A stretch of 64,000 nt of DNA from Octopus bimaculoides (Eukaryota): positions 3,158,461-3,222,460 of the forward strand of contig NC_068986.1 of the NCBI RefSeq assembly GCF_001194135.2, read 5' to 3'. The position numbers were made by a program, and so were the translations under genes. Below are positions 63,910 to 64,000 of the stretch, piece after piece (within the stretch, counting starts at the first letter, position 1; every line of letters starts with the position of its first letter). Below the pieces are notes generated by a model. That model was given only the letters and a program-made list of their open reading frames with translations, ran no database searches and was not told the origin of the DNA.

Positions 63910-64000
<91 letters not shown>
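63908..64000. repeat. (TAC)n then (CAT)n microsatellite
   Basis: Directly visible. Confidence 0.95.

Overview
AT-rich, microsatellite-dense animal DNA from a gapped short-read assembly. The main N gaps are 2655-3221, 20274-20373, 25685-25761, 35046-35364, 41502-42407, 43584-44190, 47023-47245, 52430-52599 and 59564-60092. The repeat families look like those of a coleoid cephalopod, probably Octopus; this is my inference and was not verified by a search. Only one host coding exon is well supported: the first coding exon of a secreted cyclophilin (PPIB/PPIC-like) at 55312-55557 (+). Most of the rest is transposon debris. Retroelements include three tRNA-headed SINE families, two RTE LINE families with many copies of one RTE 3' tail, CR1-group LINE ends and two Penelope-like (PLE) relics. 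DNA transposons include mariner, Chapaev3-like and hAT relics, plus hAT, piggyBac, Tigger-like and mariner MITEs, several nested with intact target-site duplications. The best lead is a ~95-bp-arm inverted repeat at 41071-41293 in which each arm carries a minimal type I hammerhead-ribozyme-like core followed by a splice donor. The core has the compensatory U3-A8 pair and a palindromic stem III, as in PLE pseudo-LTRs. CpG density also switches between apparent domains: poor at 1-20.4 kb, rich at 20.5-26.5 kb, poor at 26.5-37.1 kb and rich after about 37.2 kb, based on small manual samples. This hints at unannotated methylated gene bodies around a promoter region. No tRNA, rRNA or CRISPR features are supported.
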